64,000 nt of DNA from Salpingoeca rosetta (GCA_033442325.1 JAWQFM010000012.1:62001-126000); one strand, 5' to 3'. Counted from the first letter of the stretch, positions 12,102 through 30,882 are shown. The notes: generated by a model not told the origin, from the sequence alone. A program made the numbers and translations.

Positions 12102-13168
12102 TGTGTGTATGTGTGTGTGTGTATGTGTGTGTGTGGTGCCGCGTATGGGTTGTCGTGTGCGCGCAAGCACCGTTCCTTATCGTATGCCTTCGTATGTGTA
12201 CACAAGTTTGTGTATGTTCATCTCAGTGCGCACATTCATAGCGGTGGCACCATCCTTAATGTCGTGTGCACGCAACTCTTCTCCTCAACTGCCACCCAAC
12301 TGCTCTCACTCAATCCCTCAACACAACACACATACACACACTAACCCACACCCTCACACACACACACACCAACCCACTCACACTCACACTCACACTCACA
12401 CACTCACACTCATTCCCTCCCTCGATTTCACCATTCCACCAACAACAGACCAAGGGTACAACCAGCTTCGGACCCCGCAAGAACAAGTCGCACACCCTGT
12501 GCATCCGGTGCGGCCGCCGTTCTTACCACATCCAGAAGAAGAAGTGCGCCGCATGCGCCTTCCCCATGAAGCGCAAGCGCAGCCGTAAGTTTCCCCCCTC
12601 CCTTTGAGCAGAGCAGTTTCCCTGATTACTACACCTCGAGCTAATGCTGGGTGGCTCGTTCCAGTTTGGGGGTTGATCTCCATTGTCGTCTGTGCTCCCC
12701 GTCCTCGTTCGTGTCGAAACGTTGCTGTGATCGAGTGTGGGTGCGTGTGTGCTTTCCCGTCGCGTTGTTGACGGTGGTCGTGCGCCCGCACCTTGACCGC
12801 ACTGTGGTTCATTTGGACACCAACCCACCAACCCAATCACCCTTCTTCAACATCACCAATATCAACTTTCGTGTTTCCCCCCCCCTTATGACCTTTCTCA
12901 CGATCCACGGCTCCCCTCCCCCCAACTGTCGTGCGTGCATTCGAATCCCTACACATCTTGTCCACTCATCATCTCCTCACTCACCGTTCACTTGACACTT
13001 GATTTTCGTCTGTGCTCTCTCACAGCTGGCTCATACAAGGCCATCCGCCGCAAGACCACCGGCACTGGCCGCATGAAGCACCTCCGCCGCGTGCAGCAGA
13101 AGTTCAAGAACAACTTCCGCGAGCGCCCCCTCCGCCTGAAGAAGCCCCCTTCGGAGTCCACCGCATAA
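11999..13168 (+). CDS. RPL37: 60S ribosomal protein L37 (eL37); exons 11999-12001 (ATG only), 12449-12584, 13026-13168
   Basis: [39 protein letters not shown] zinc finger; [16 protein letters not shown]. Confidence 0.96.
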
Positions 13169-13848
13169 GCTTGCTGACTGACTCTGTGGTGTGAATGTGA
13201 TTGGTTCTGTCAATACCCTTCACCGTGTGCTTCGCTTCTCTTCCATTCTACTCCCTTGGCGCATTGTGGTTGTGGGCGTCTTGGGGTCCCCTGTTGTGTT
13301 TGCGTGTGCGTCGTGCCCACTTGCTGTTGAGTGTGGTCTGTTCTGTTTGTCCGCCTTGACATCCTTTGATGAGTACACGCGCATGCATGCGACGCTCTCA
13401 AGCAAGCAAGTTGACCATGATGTCAGACATGGGGGCCACGGTCGTGCACTTGAAGTCAAGTCAACAAAGCAAGAGGAGGAACGAGTGCGGTGTGTGTGTG
13501 TGTGTGTGACGTGAACACGTGCGTGTAGATGAGGTGTTACAATGGTACAGGGACGAATCGAATCGACTGAGCACGCGTGTGGTTGTGTGGCTCTGTGTGT
13601 GTGTGTGTGTGTGTGTGAAGGAAAGGGAGGAGGGGATGCGTGAGAACATGTGCGTGTTGTTGCGTCTTCTGCGTCTGTCAAATCCCCCAATCAGCATGCA
13701 TACACGCACACACACACTCAAGCGTCACGTGCGTTGTCAATGGCAGCGTTTATGTTTTCTGCTCACAGACGAGAGGAAAAAGGAAGAGGGGGAAAGAAGA
13801 AGAGAACCACAGGCAAGGGAACAGAGACAGGCAAAGGCGAGCAAAGGT

Positions 13849-14234
13849 TTACTCGTCCTCCTCCATGGCCTCCGCGGCTGCGAGACGGCGCAGGAAGGAC
13901 TCCTTCTTCTGCTTGATGCGGTCCTTGCGCTGGGCAAGCGACATGCGGGTGCGCCCGTAGTTCTTGCGCTCGCCGGCCTTGTCGCTGGGCTTCTTCTTCC
14001 GGTTGGGGTCCTCACGGATCGCCTTATGCGCATCAGCATACATCTGCTCCAGATCATCCGCGCTCACGCCCTGCTTCACATACTCGGAGAAGAGGCGGTT
14101 GTACTTGTCAGCATCCTCCTCCTGCAGCTCGCGCATGTAGTTGGCAACGTGCTCGCCAAAGATGTAGTCGCGCAGAACCTACGAACCGTTTGGTGGGGTG
14201 GGGGAATGAGCAAAGTAGGAAAGCAGCATGTGTG

Positions 14235-14270
<36 letters not shown>

Positions 14271-15854
14271 CGTGTGTGTGTATGTGTACATGAGACGAAA
14301 AGGTGTTTGGTGGATGCAGCAGCAGGTGGGGCTGTGTGTATGTAGTTTGGTGAGGAGCTTGCTTGCATGCAGCACTGCGGCCACCGCTCGCCCAGAAAGG
14401 CAACCCCGCCACCACCCACAAGGAAGCAACCAAACAACCAATCTTCTCTGTCACCCCCCCCCCCCGGTTCACACACACACACGCTCAAAACACACCTCGG
14501 CATCGAAAGCCTTGGCCTCCTCGTCGTAACCAGGGAAGCGCTTGTGGTTGTGGGGCACAGCGAGACCACCGTCAACAGCACCCTTCATGACAGCGAAGAC
14601 ACGGGCACCAGTGGTGGTGGGGGCAAGACCGACATCCAGGAAGGCGCGGAAGGGGCGGGGGCCAGATTGCTGCCAGAAACACAAAAAAGAGAAACGGGAG
14701 AAAGCACAACAACGTGAGGTCGTACACCCGAGGGACGACAATCAACACAGCCAGTACAAGTAAAACCAAACAAGAGCAAGCAAGAGCGCGCTCACAAGAA
14801 CGCGCTCACAAGAACACACACACACGCGCGCACTGGAATCAACACAACCCAATGTCAATCACAAGCGAATCAGAACCACACGCTCGTCGCGCCCCCTTCA
14901 GCACAATCACACTGTTCGCAAACGTACCACGCCCTTCTCGACGTTGTAGTCGTCACCAGTGGCCTCCTCGACACCGGTGTAGCGGTCGGCGAGGTTGTAC
15001 TTGGTGAGGAGACGGCGGGCCAGGAGAAGACCCGTGGCGTAGCAGGCGGCGTAGTTGGTGAGGCCAACCTTGATGCCAAACTGCTTCAGCTCGTGGCTGT
15101 ATGCCGCGGCGACGACGTAGTCACCCTCGAGGCGGGAGTAGGCAACCTGTGCGATGACATCGCGGTTGGTGCGGCGCACAACAAGACGGAACTTGGGTGT
15201 GTTGTACTTGTTCTTGTCCTGCTGGATGAGCTTGCGGCGGGCAAAGTAGTCGGTCTGACCTGCACGCGTACAACAACGGACACGTTGACATGGGGAATGG
15301 GAAAACACAGGACGGGGGTTGGGGAGGCAAAACCACGCATATAGCACACGGCATGATGGTGAGGTAGGAATTAAGTGCGTGAAGACCAGGCAAGTGGTGC
15401 CTTGCGAGTGTGGGTGTGTGTGTGGGGGGGGGGTGGATGATGGTGGTTCCTGAGCGTGCATCGATCCGCACGTGTGCTGTGGTTCACTCGCTGGTGTGGT
15501 TCAGGTGACTGCAGCACAGGTGCATCTCATCCATGGCTTGCCGCACACACGACACACGCCACACACACACGCCACACGCCACACACCACAAGCCAGCATC
15601 AGCATCAACAGTGCTCAGTGACAGTGCTGCGGCTGCTGATCATGGCGCTGCGGTTGCTGTCATGATATGGTGGTTATGTTTTGCTGTGGTGGTTGTGTTG
15701 TGCTGATGCTTTGTAACACAAACACACAGAAGTATGAACGTACAGACACAGACACACACACATGCGCACACGACGTACCGGTGCGGCGACGGCGGTACTT
15801 GACCTGGTAGCGCTTGTAGTACGCCTTGTTCTTCACGACCTTGAGGAAGGGCAT
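13849..15854 (-). CDS. RPL5: 60S ribosomal protein L5 (uL18), 4 exons
   Basis: [83 protein letters not shown]. Confidence 0.97.
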
Positions 15855-15901
15855 GGCTGGTGGTTGGTCGTCGTTGGTGGAGGTGGCAGCAGAGCACGCG
15901 T

Positions 15902-15915
15902 GAGGAAAAAGGCAC
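15902..15915 (-). promoter_or_regulatory. TCT/5'TOP-like pyrimidine initiator of RPL5
   Basis: Minus strand GTGCCTTTTTCCTC about 50-60 nt upstream of the RPL5 ATG; 11-mer identical to the RPL37 element. Confidence 0.6.
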
Positions 15916-15994
15916 TTTGCTCTGCGTGCCATCAGAAAACACACCGGAGTGTCGGAAAACAGTCGGAAAACAATCAGAAACCAAACCCCACAAA

Positions 15995-16075
15995 ATGCTG
16001 AGTCAGCGATATGTGCAGAGCGCGGCGGCGCAAACCAGTGCCGCCATCGTCCTTCAAGTGAGGATGATGGTGCTG

Positions 16076-16147
<72 letters not shown>

Positions 16148-16750
16148 NNNNNNNNNNNNNNNNNNNNNNNNNNNNNNNNNNNNNNNNNNNNNNNNNNNNN
16201 NNNNNNNNNNNNNNNNNNNNNNNNNNNNNNNNNNNNNNNNNNNNNNNTGCTTCCATCCGAACCTCTCTGGGAAGTCTTGTATCACTCTCTGAATATCCTT
16301 CACACCCCCACCCCCATAATTTCTGACTCATCCTAGGTGTAGACCGCGCGACGCACACCCTGTCCCTATATTAATAAAATTGAGAAGGAATGTGTTGAGC
16401 ATGGTATGTGTGTGTTGATCGTGTGTATGTCAAATCTCTTGAATTTATGTGTGTGAGAGTGTATGTGTCTATGCGTGCGTGTGTGTATGTGTGTGTGTGT
16501 GTGTGTGTGGGTGTGGGTGTGTGGTGTGTGTGGTGTGTGGTGTGTGTGTGTGTGTGTGGGTGTGTGGGTGTGTGTGGGTGTGTGTGGGTGGGTTGATCTC
16601 TCACTGGCTCCCTCGCCCTCACACACGCGCATGCCACTGCCAGGTCTTGTTGCGCATCGTCAGCTTCGTCAGTAATGCCGTCATCGTGCGTGTGGCATCC
16701 AAGGAGATGCTTGGCATCGTCAACGTTCGGTGAGTGCGCTGCATCTCGCT

Positions 16751-16801
<51 letters not shown>

Positions 16802-18170
16802 TGTGTGTGTGTGTCTGTGTGGATGTGCGTCAGTGCAGCGCACACGCTTTTGCATCCATACACCTCAAATGACTCAATGCACGCACATACACGTACTCTC
16901 CCCTCTCCCCCACCCCACACACACACATACACACACATACTCCCTCATCCACTGTGCTTGCGCAAGTGCAGGCTGATGTTGCTGTATTCGACGATTGTGT
17001 TCTTGTCGCGAGAACCAATGAGGCGGGCGTGCCTCAGCGTCTCCCTCAACCAGCTGTCCCGACCATACTGGCGACAGCTCGTCAACCTCATCTGGATCGG
17101 GTGAGCAGCAGTGCAGCAGTGCAGCAGAGCAACCCTGCCCGTCGCACGCCGTGCTTGAGCTTCTCGGCACAAGGTGCCTCATCGCACACCCCCCCCCCCT
17201 CTGGCCACCAACGGCCCATCACTCACTAAAAGGCTGCGTATGCTGCTGGTTCGTTGTCCCAATGCTTGCTGCACAGGATCTTGTCGTCCCTGGGCATTGC
17301 AGGCCTGCTCTCGCTCGTCTGGACCCGTCTTCTCACACAGGTGCACACGCATCGCACAGGGCTGATTCAGCCTTGCGCCATGTGCTGCTTCTGTGCAGCA
17401 CGCAAACATGCAGACACTCACTCACTCATTCACTCACTCGCTCACTCACACTCACTCACTCACTCGCTCGCTCACTCACACACACACACACACACCTGCC
17501 CCAGCCTGAGATGGCGTGGTACCCTGCAGGGGTGGCTGCGTTTGCTGCGTCTGCGGTGATTGAGGTGATGGCGGAACCGTTCTGGATCTTCTATCAGATC
17601 CAGCTCAACGTGCGCCTGAAGATCATTGCAGAGGGCGTGTCGCTCGGCTTTGGCACCGTCCTCACCATGGTCGGTCTCTACCTGCGGCCAGACCTTGGCC
17701 TGCTTGTCCCTTCAGCAGCACACGTGCTCACGAAGACACTCCTCCTCGCCATCTTCGTCACACGCGCGCGCACAGACGCACAGCACCGCGTGTACAAGGA
17801 GGTGACTTCGCTCCGTGACATGCTCCCGGGACCATCGCAGGCAGGGGCGTGGTGGTTCAAGCACTACCCGCCATCCATGGCAAGCCTTGCCCTGTCGTTC
17901 TTCCGCCACGGGATTGTGAAGCAGCTGCTCACAGAGGGCGAGAAGTACATGATGACCTTTGGCAACATGCTCTCGTTTGCGCAGCAGGGCGTTTATGATG
18001 TCGTGTACTCGCTCGGCAGCCTCGTCCCGCGCTTCCTCTTTCACGTCAGTGTAGATGCGTGTTTGTTTGTTTGTTTGTTTGTTTGTTTGTTTGTTTGTTT
18101 GTTTGTTTGTTTGTTTGTTTGTTTGTTTGTTTGTTTGTTTGTTTGCTTGTTTGCTTGCTTGCTTGCTTGT

Positions 18171-18206
<36 letters not shown>

Positions 18207-18652
18207 TTGCTTGTGTGTGTCTGTCTGTCTGTCTGTCTGTGCGTACGTGTTCGTGCTTCATGCACAGGATGAAGCACACGTGCACCCGCTCATTCCCACC
18301 GCTGACACCGCGTCAACTACCGCGCACCACCATCGCCAGCGTGCGCTTGCTCCTCTCACAGCTGCCTCTTGCTTTGTTTGCGTTCGTTCTTGACACACTT
18401 TGACAGCCGATTGAGGAGAACTACTACACGTTCTTTGCCGCCCTCCTCACCCGCGAGACATCAAAAGCGGACAGTGAGTCCTGTCTGTGCCACGCCTTGC
18501 ATCTGCCACACATGTCACTCCAACACCACTGTCTTGAGTGCCATGCAGGCTGACCAGCAATTCACCAGCACATCTCACCCCATGCGTTTCCACCAACAGA
18601 GGATCCATACGCGAAGAAGACAACAGCAGACGATGAGGTGATTACACCACAC

Positions 18653-18683
<31 letters not shown>

Positions 18684-19219
18684 GCACACACACACACACA
18701 TGCACGCACACACACACACACATGCACGCACACACACACACACATGCACGCACACACACACACAATCACTTTGTCCTCTCATACCTGTTTTGGCTGTAAC
18801 ACCCACCTCCCTCCCTCTTCACCCCTTCCCCCGCCCCTTCAGGCGCTGGCCGGGACAGTGCTGCAGACACTGCTGAAGACGGCTGTGATGGTTGGCCTGG
18901 TGCTGGCGTGCTTCGGCCAGGGCTACTCGCGGCTGCTGCTCGGCATCTACGGCGGGGAGAACCTGGCACAGGACGACGGGGTGCTGCTGCTGCAGGCATA
19001 CAGCGTCTATGTCCTCTGCATGGCCCTCAATGGCATCTCGGAATGCTTCGTGGCGGCGGTGAGGACAGCACGCACAATTGTGCACATGTTTGCAAATGCT
19101 TCAAAGGCCGCACCTGTTGTTGTTTGCGAAATTTTGTTGGTATGCGACGTTGATCAAACGCTGTTCACAGTGCGTACTTGCTGGTATGCAACGTTCATCA
19201 AACCATCTATGCACGGCGC

Positions 19220-19252
<33 letters not shown>

Positions 19253-19684
19253 TGCAGTCGTCGTCGCGTGAGGAGATTGACGAGCACAACCGCTGGATGG
19301 TCGCATTCTCCGCCCTCTACATCATCGCATGCTTCTTCCTCACCCCAAAGCTCGGTCAGCCCACCACCGACACACACACACATACATGAACACTCTTGCA
19401 CGTTTGCTTATGTCTGCTCATCTCACTCCCCCCTCCCCAACACCCACACACACACACTTCACCACTGCAGGTGCTGTTGGGTTCATCTTTGCCAACTGCA
19501 TCAACATGCTGATGCGTGCAAGCAAGTCCTTCTACGACATCTGGCTGTACATTGGCCACCACCCGGGTGTTGCTGCCAAGGGCAACCCTCTCACCGCCTG
19601 CATCCCTTCGCGCGCCGTTTTGTTCGCGTTTGCGCTCGCATACGTCGTCACAACCTACTCTGAGGTTGGTGGATCATCGTGTCA

Positions 19685-19724
<40 letters not shown>

Positions 19725-19821
19725 CGTCAGTGTGCTCTGCTCGCCAGCGCGTGGTGTGTCTCTGTGCCTCTCAGCACAACGCAGATGTGCGCACACTCGC
19801 ACACGCAATTGCCTTCACTCA

Positions 19822-19854
<33 letters not shown>

Positions 19855-20355
19855 CACACACACACACACCACGACCGCACATCAGCGGCTGTTCTTGCCC
19901 GAGCTGCAGTGGGACCTGAAGGCGATTGCAGTCCACGTCGCTGTTGGTGCCGCCTCCCTCTTTCTCGTGGCCGTCACTGTCTACTTTGAGGTGAAAGTGA
20001 AAACACACAACACACATGTACACACACATGCGCACACACACACATATGCACACACACACACACAAACACACATGCACACATACATACACGCACACAAACA
20101 CACACGCCACAACATCGCTCACATGTCCACACACATGCACACACACACATGTACACACACCGCGCGCGCACACACACACATGCACACACATGCACACACA
20201 TGCATCGCTCACATGATCCAATGTCTTGACAGGAGGGCGCGTTTGTGCAAGACGTGCGTCTGATGTGGAGCGGGAAACCAAGCAAGCAGGCAGCAGGTGG
20301 TGCTGCAACAGCAACGAAGACCAACAAGACAACAGCGAACAAGAAGACGGACTAA
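15995..20355 (+). CDS. RFT1: RFT1 (Man5GlcNAc2-PP-dolichol translocation protein), about 12 exons; first exon 15995-16057
   Basis: LQVLLRIVSFVSNA...GIVNVRLMLLYSTIVFLSREPMRRACL, EVMAEP, KQLLTEGEKYMM, QGVYDVVYSLGSLVPRFLFHPIEE, MALNGISECF, GFIFANCINM; C-terminal KKTD ER-retrieval motif. Confidence 0.95.
16148..16247. other. Assembly gap (100 N) in RFT1 intron 1
   Basis: Run of N. Confidence 0.99.
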
Positions 20356-20901
20356 AACCCCCATGACAACATTTGCGCATGCACATTTCTACACCAGCGC
20401 GGTGTTTGTGTTGTGGTCCTGCTTTGCTTTGCTCGTTTGTGTCTGCCGTTTGTTGATTATGACTTGTTGCACTGACTGATAAACGATGCTGTTGAACGTG
20501 TGTATTGTTGACAACAACGACCAACACACTGCGCAACGGGTGGATTGTGATGCAACACAAACAAACACGCAAGTACCGCAACCACCTCAAGCTGTAGCAC
20601 CATCAGCACACGCCTGCTGCATGCAAAGCGGAGGGGGGAAGGGGCATTTGCAGCAAAGCCATAACAAGACATCCAACACACAACAACATGACATATTACG
20701 TGAAGGAGGCGTGATGCATGCAGGCAAGCGTGATCCAGTGAAAGAACCAAAGAGTCACGAAACGCATAGCCTGTGTGGCAGGGCGGGGGTGAACAATCGC
20801 CCGCGCCACAAGCATCACCAACAGCCCCACACAACCACAAGACCAACGCTGGCAATGGTGGTGATGGTGATGGTGGCTGTGGTGCAGCCTTCAACCAGTC
20901 A

Positions 20902-25778
<4,877 letters not shown>

Positions 25779-26640
25779 GATTGGCGTTGGATGGAAAGGG
25801 AAGGGAAGCGGGGTTCGAAGAGCTTGGCTTATCCGGTCACTGAAGGGAGGTAGACGAGCGAAGTGATGGCGGTGGCGGTGGCAGGGAAATGAATATGTCA
25901 CACTGAACTCGCGATGAAGAAGAAGCAGATGGTGGTGATGGTGGTGATGGTGGTGATGATAGTGGTCGTGTACGAAGCACACTGGACACAAGGATGTGGT
26001 GGTGTTGAAGAGGTGGAGGGGAAGGCGCGGAAATGCGGAACTGCGTGTTCGTTCTTGTGTGTGCTGATGATGTGATGGTGATCAGGTGGATGGTGATGGT
26101 GATCAGGTGGATGGTGGTGTGGTGGTGCAATGACGCAACCCGAACACAACGTTCGGCCGCTGTTGTGCTCGTTGTGTTCGTTGAGAACAGCAGCCAGCAA
26201 CAACGCCGAATCAACAACACGCTTGCTTGAGTAAGGTTGGTTCGTTGGTTGGCTCGGTTTGTTGGTTCGTTCGCCGGCTTGGTTCCCCATTCCCCACCCA
26301 CCTCAGCCACTCACTACACACTGCTGGCGCTTGAGGTTCCGAACCGACCAACCCACCTCGCCAACCCACCCCACGACCACAACCGTCATCATCATCATCA
26401 TCATCATCATGCCTCACCTGTTGCTTCGGTTTGTGCGCCTTTGTTTCTTTTGTTTTTTTTTTCTTCTGCTTGCTTGACTTGTTTGATTGCTTGATTGCTT
26501 GATGTGTGAGTGCAGTGGATTTGATTGCGTCAGATTCTTTGCATTCCACACAAACAACACACTCGCACGGCCGCGAAGACAATGCATGCACACAATGTAC
26601 ACACACAATGCACACACGTGTGCAGCGTCACGTGTACGCA

Positions 26641-27300
26641 TCATTGCTTCTTCCTCTCCTCCTTCTTTCCCTCCACTCCCTTCTCCTTCTTCTCATCCTC
26701 CTCACCATCACCATCATCACCATCACCATCACCATCCCCCTCCTCAGCTTCCTGCTCCTCCTCTCGCCTCTGCCGCAGCACTGCGCCGGCGCCCGGCACA
26801 TTCAGCGCGCGCACCAGCTGCCGCTCAAGCACGTGCGCCGCCTCGTACTCCCCGTCCTCCTCAGCTGTCGGCTTCTGCAGCGGTTGCAATTGGGTGGTGG
26901 TGGTGGGGTGAATGGATGGTGAATGGGTGGTGGATGGGTGGTTGCGGTGAGGAAGGCAAGAACAACAAAGGCTAACTATGTGCGTAGCACAAGGCATACA
27001 TCCACACATACACACATCCACACACACATACACACATACACACACACCACAATACACACATCCACACACACACACACACAAATCCACAACCACGCACACA
27101 CAATATGCACCTTGTTGTAAACTGCGGCAAGTTCCTGGAGGGCGAGCTCGTATCTGTCCATGTGTTCGGCAAAGTCGTCGGGGCGCACATCCATGCGATC
27201 CACCGTCTTTGCGTCAATCATTCGACGCAGCCGCCGGAACCGCCCAAGCTGAAGAGGTGGTGGTGGTGGTGGTGGTGGTGGTGGTGGTGGTGGTGGTGGT

Positions 27301-27376
<76 letters not shown>

Positions 27377-28959
27377 TGTGTGTGCGTGTGTATGCACGTG
27401 CACGCAGATTCAGCTCGCAGCGCGCAACTGAACACAAGACATGCTACAAACACACTGGCAAGCACTCACTGACGAACCGCACAACCATACCCAAGCAAAC
27501 ACACGCACGCACACACACACGCACACACACACACACACAACGCACCTGTGGATGTATGTCTTTGGCTTTGAGGGGCAGTCGTAACAGATGACGTTTTCGA
27601 CGTTTGCGAGATCAATACCGCGGGCCATCGTGTCTGAACACACAAGCACAGATATCTCCCCACGCTCAAACTGCACCCACGTGCACACATGCAAATGGAG
27701 CATGAGATGGCGGTTGCGGTGAGTGAGTGAGTGAGTGATACATACACACACACAAATAAACATACGCATGTGCATCCAAGCCGCTCACGGCATCATCCAC
27801 ACACGAACGCACACACACACACAGCATCATCCACACACAACCACATCCACACGCAACCACATCCACACACAACCACATCCACCCCCCCCCCTCTCTCTCT
27901 CTCTGTGTTGCGCACCTTCTTGAGGATGCCTGAGCTCTTGCGCGCGTCCTGCTTTGACGAGATTTGCTGCACGCGAACAGCACCAAACAGCTTCAGCAGC
28001 GTGTACAGCCTGTAGCCGTCGTGGTGAGCGGTGAGAGCGGTGTCAAGATGATGACAGCAGTGTGTTGGCGATGATGATGTACCGCTTGTGTTACTGACGG
28101 CAAACACATGTACGCACGCACACACACACACACACATTGACGCAAACGCATGCACCAACACACACCCCACAGCGCCAGAGCACTGTGATTGCGAGACCTT
28201 GTTGTCGTTTCGACAGACGATGCAAAGACGAGAGTTCGGTCCATTTGTAAACTCGACAGCAGATACAGAAGCACCAGCGGCTGCACAGACATGGCACCAC
28301 GAGTAACGGGGTGAGCAGTGGAATGGGTTCAATTCTTCCGCTGTTTGTTCCTTCATTGTCAAAGGCAGGGGTTTCCAACAGTGCAAGCGTGTGCACACGT
28401 GTACGCACACGAGTGTGTTTGTGCAGGTGCACGTGCATTCATGCGTGCACATATGGGTGTAGGCAACTGTCACCTTTTCTGATGCTGAGCAGACGATGGA
28501 GTGCTCGTGGAGTTGTGGCGGAATAACCGTGTTCACGCCCTTCTTCCCGCCAACTGCACACACACAAGGAGGGAGAGGACGATGGTGTGAGCAATGAACA
28601 CTAACACATACACACGCACAAAACACGCACATACGCGCGCACATCACGTGCACACATCACACACCACCACACGCACACACCACACACCACCACATGCACA
28701 CACCACACACGCAACACCACACACACACACACCACACACACACACCACCGCCTGACCTGTCTGTGTTGCGAGGTACATGCGCGGGAAGCAAAGACGAAGA
28801 TTTGCGATAATCTGCGGATCGCGAGACAGCGTTGCTGAGAAAAACATCTTCTGCACGTGCACGCCAGGGAAGTTGTGGCTGCGCGCAGTGGTGTGGGGGA
28901 TATGTGGGATGTGTGTGTGTGTGTGTGAGAGTGTGTGTGTGTGAGTGTGTGTGTGTGTG

Positions 28960-29009
<50 letters not shown>

Positions 29010-30882
29010 CCAGTTTACACGCGGCTGTCGCAAGCAGGCTATGGTACCACGACACCCTTCAAATTCATTGCAAACAAATACCACACACACGCACACACGC
29101 GCAAACGCACACGCAGCGCGCATCAAAGCGTACATTTGCGGGGTGAGGTTTGTTGGGTCTGGGCGCCCACCGGCAAAGAGGCAGTTGTGCAACTTGGAGA
29201 GCCACGACTGGTACGATTGCATCAGAAGACGATCAGCCTCGTCCACAACGAGAAACTCCACGTGTTGCAGCGTAAACCCATCTGCTCGCGTCATTGGATG
29301 GCAGCGTGCACGTGGATGCCGATGGGTGGTGGTGATGGTGGTGGTGGTGATGATGGTGGTGGTGGTGAGAGGAGGAAACGGAAAAAGCGAGACACGTCAA
29401 CTGGACAGGGCTTGGTCGTGTTCGACAACGCTGCAGAGCAATGGCTGCTCAGGGTTGAGGCGCTGCTTCTTGGGCACTGACACAGTGGATGACAGTGCAG
29501 CAAAGCACACGCTGCAAAGGTGTACATCTACACACATTCACAACACAACACACCACAATCACACAAACACCACAACACAACACAATCCTACACACACACC
29601 ACTGCACAACACAACACAACACACCACAATCACACAAACACCACAACACAACACAATCATACACGCAACACAACACAACACAACTCGCCGAGCTCGCTGC
29701 ACCTGTGCGATCGATGTGGTCGACGAGACGGCCCGGCGTGGTGATGACAATGTCCACGGCACTCGATCCGTCCAGCCGCGGCTGCAGCAGCTGCTGCTCC
29801 TTCCACAGCGCCGTCTGCCCCGCGCACATGGCCACGCGGATGGGCACGGTCGAGTCCGCGTGGATGTTGCGCGAGCACGCCTCGAAGACCGCGTGCACCT
29901 GCTGCACAAGCTGCCGCGTCGGCAGCACGACCACCGCCCGAAGCTGCGGCACGACACGCGTGCACAGCCGCTGCAGAATTGGGATCACATACGCAAGCGT
30001 CTTGCCGCTGCCAGTCGGTGCGCTTACGCAGATGTCGCCTGCTGGATATGCGCTGTGGCGGGAGCGAAGCATGTCTGGCACAATCACCGCCTGCACGGGG
30101 AACAGGCGCGAGAACCCGGCCACTTTCAGCTGCGCCAAAAGTCGCGGGTGCAGCCCCAGCGTCTCCATCGGCAGCAGCTCGTCTGGCTTGATCAACGCAT
30201 CCACCCGCACAGGGTGGTCCAGCCAGTGCACCAGGCCACCCGTGTTTCGCTGCATCATCGTTTTCTGCTTGCGTGGCTGCCACTCCTGCTCATGACTGCC
30301 GCTCTTGCCCTGCTTCTCCTTCTTCTTCTTCTTCTTGTTGTTGTTTTGGTGGTGGTGCTGCTGCTGCTCTTCTTCCGTCTTCTGCTCTGTAGCGTCCTCG
30401 GCAGTGGCGGTTGCTGAAGCTGATTTCATTGCCAGCGCTGTCTCATTTGTTGACGTATCCTCTGCCGCCTTGCTCCCCTCCTTCAGCTTATGCTTCTTCT
30501 CCTTCTTCTCCTTCTTCTTTTTCTTCTTCTTCATCATCTTCTTGCTGTCGGCCGCCTCGCTCGCCTGCGCAGCACTGCTACCGCCAAGGTCGCTTGCATC
30601 CTGCACCTTTGCTTGCTTTGTTGGCTGTTCGCCATCACCAGCGGCCTCGGCCTCTCCATCCACATCTCCATCTGCTGCTCCCTGCCCTGTGTTACTGCCG
30701 CTCTTCTTGCTTCTCCTCCTTGCTTTGTCCTTCTCCTTGTCCTCCTTCTTCCGCTTTCCCTCCTTCCTGTTTGCTGCTCGATCCTTTGCGTTCTGCTGCT
30801 TCTTCTTCTTTGCTGATTCCCGCACCTCTGCCAGCACTGCGCCTGCAGCAGCCAGCAGCTGCGTGTCATCCTCATCCCCCAT
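26641..30882 (-). CDS. DDX51: DEAD-box RNA helicase DDX51/Dbp6 with a Lys-rich N-terminus; the exon carrying most of motif VI appears absent
   Basis: Q motif FSRLFPVQ, DICVSAPTGSGKTLAY, LPTRQLVQQV, TPGRLVDHI, DEADRLL, FSATL, SDTMARGIDL, KTYIHR. Confidence 0.88.

Noticed and set aside
14860-14922. Possible C/D snoRNA in RPL5 intron 2 (GCGAA...CTGA-TTCGC stem on the minus strand)
   Set aside because: No convincing RUGAUGA box C and no recognisable rRNA guide
15450-15665. UGA-rich box-like motifs in RPL5 intron 1
   Set aside because: Boxes are degenerate and overlap simple repeats; cannot be supported by eye
16248-16445. Compositionally odd AT-richer sequence after the gap
   Set aside because: Adjacent to an N gap; probably a low-quality read end
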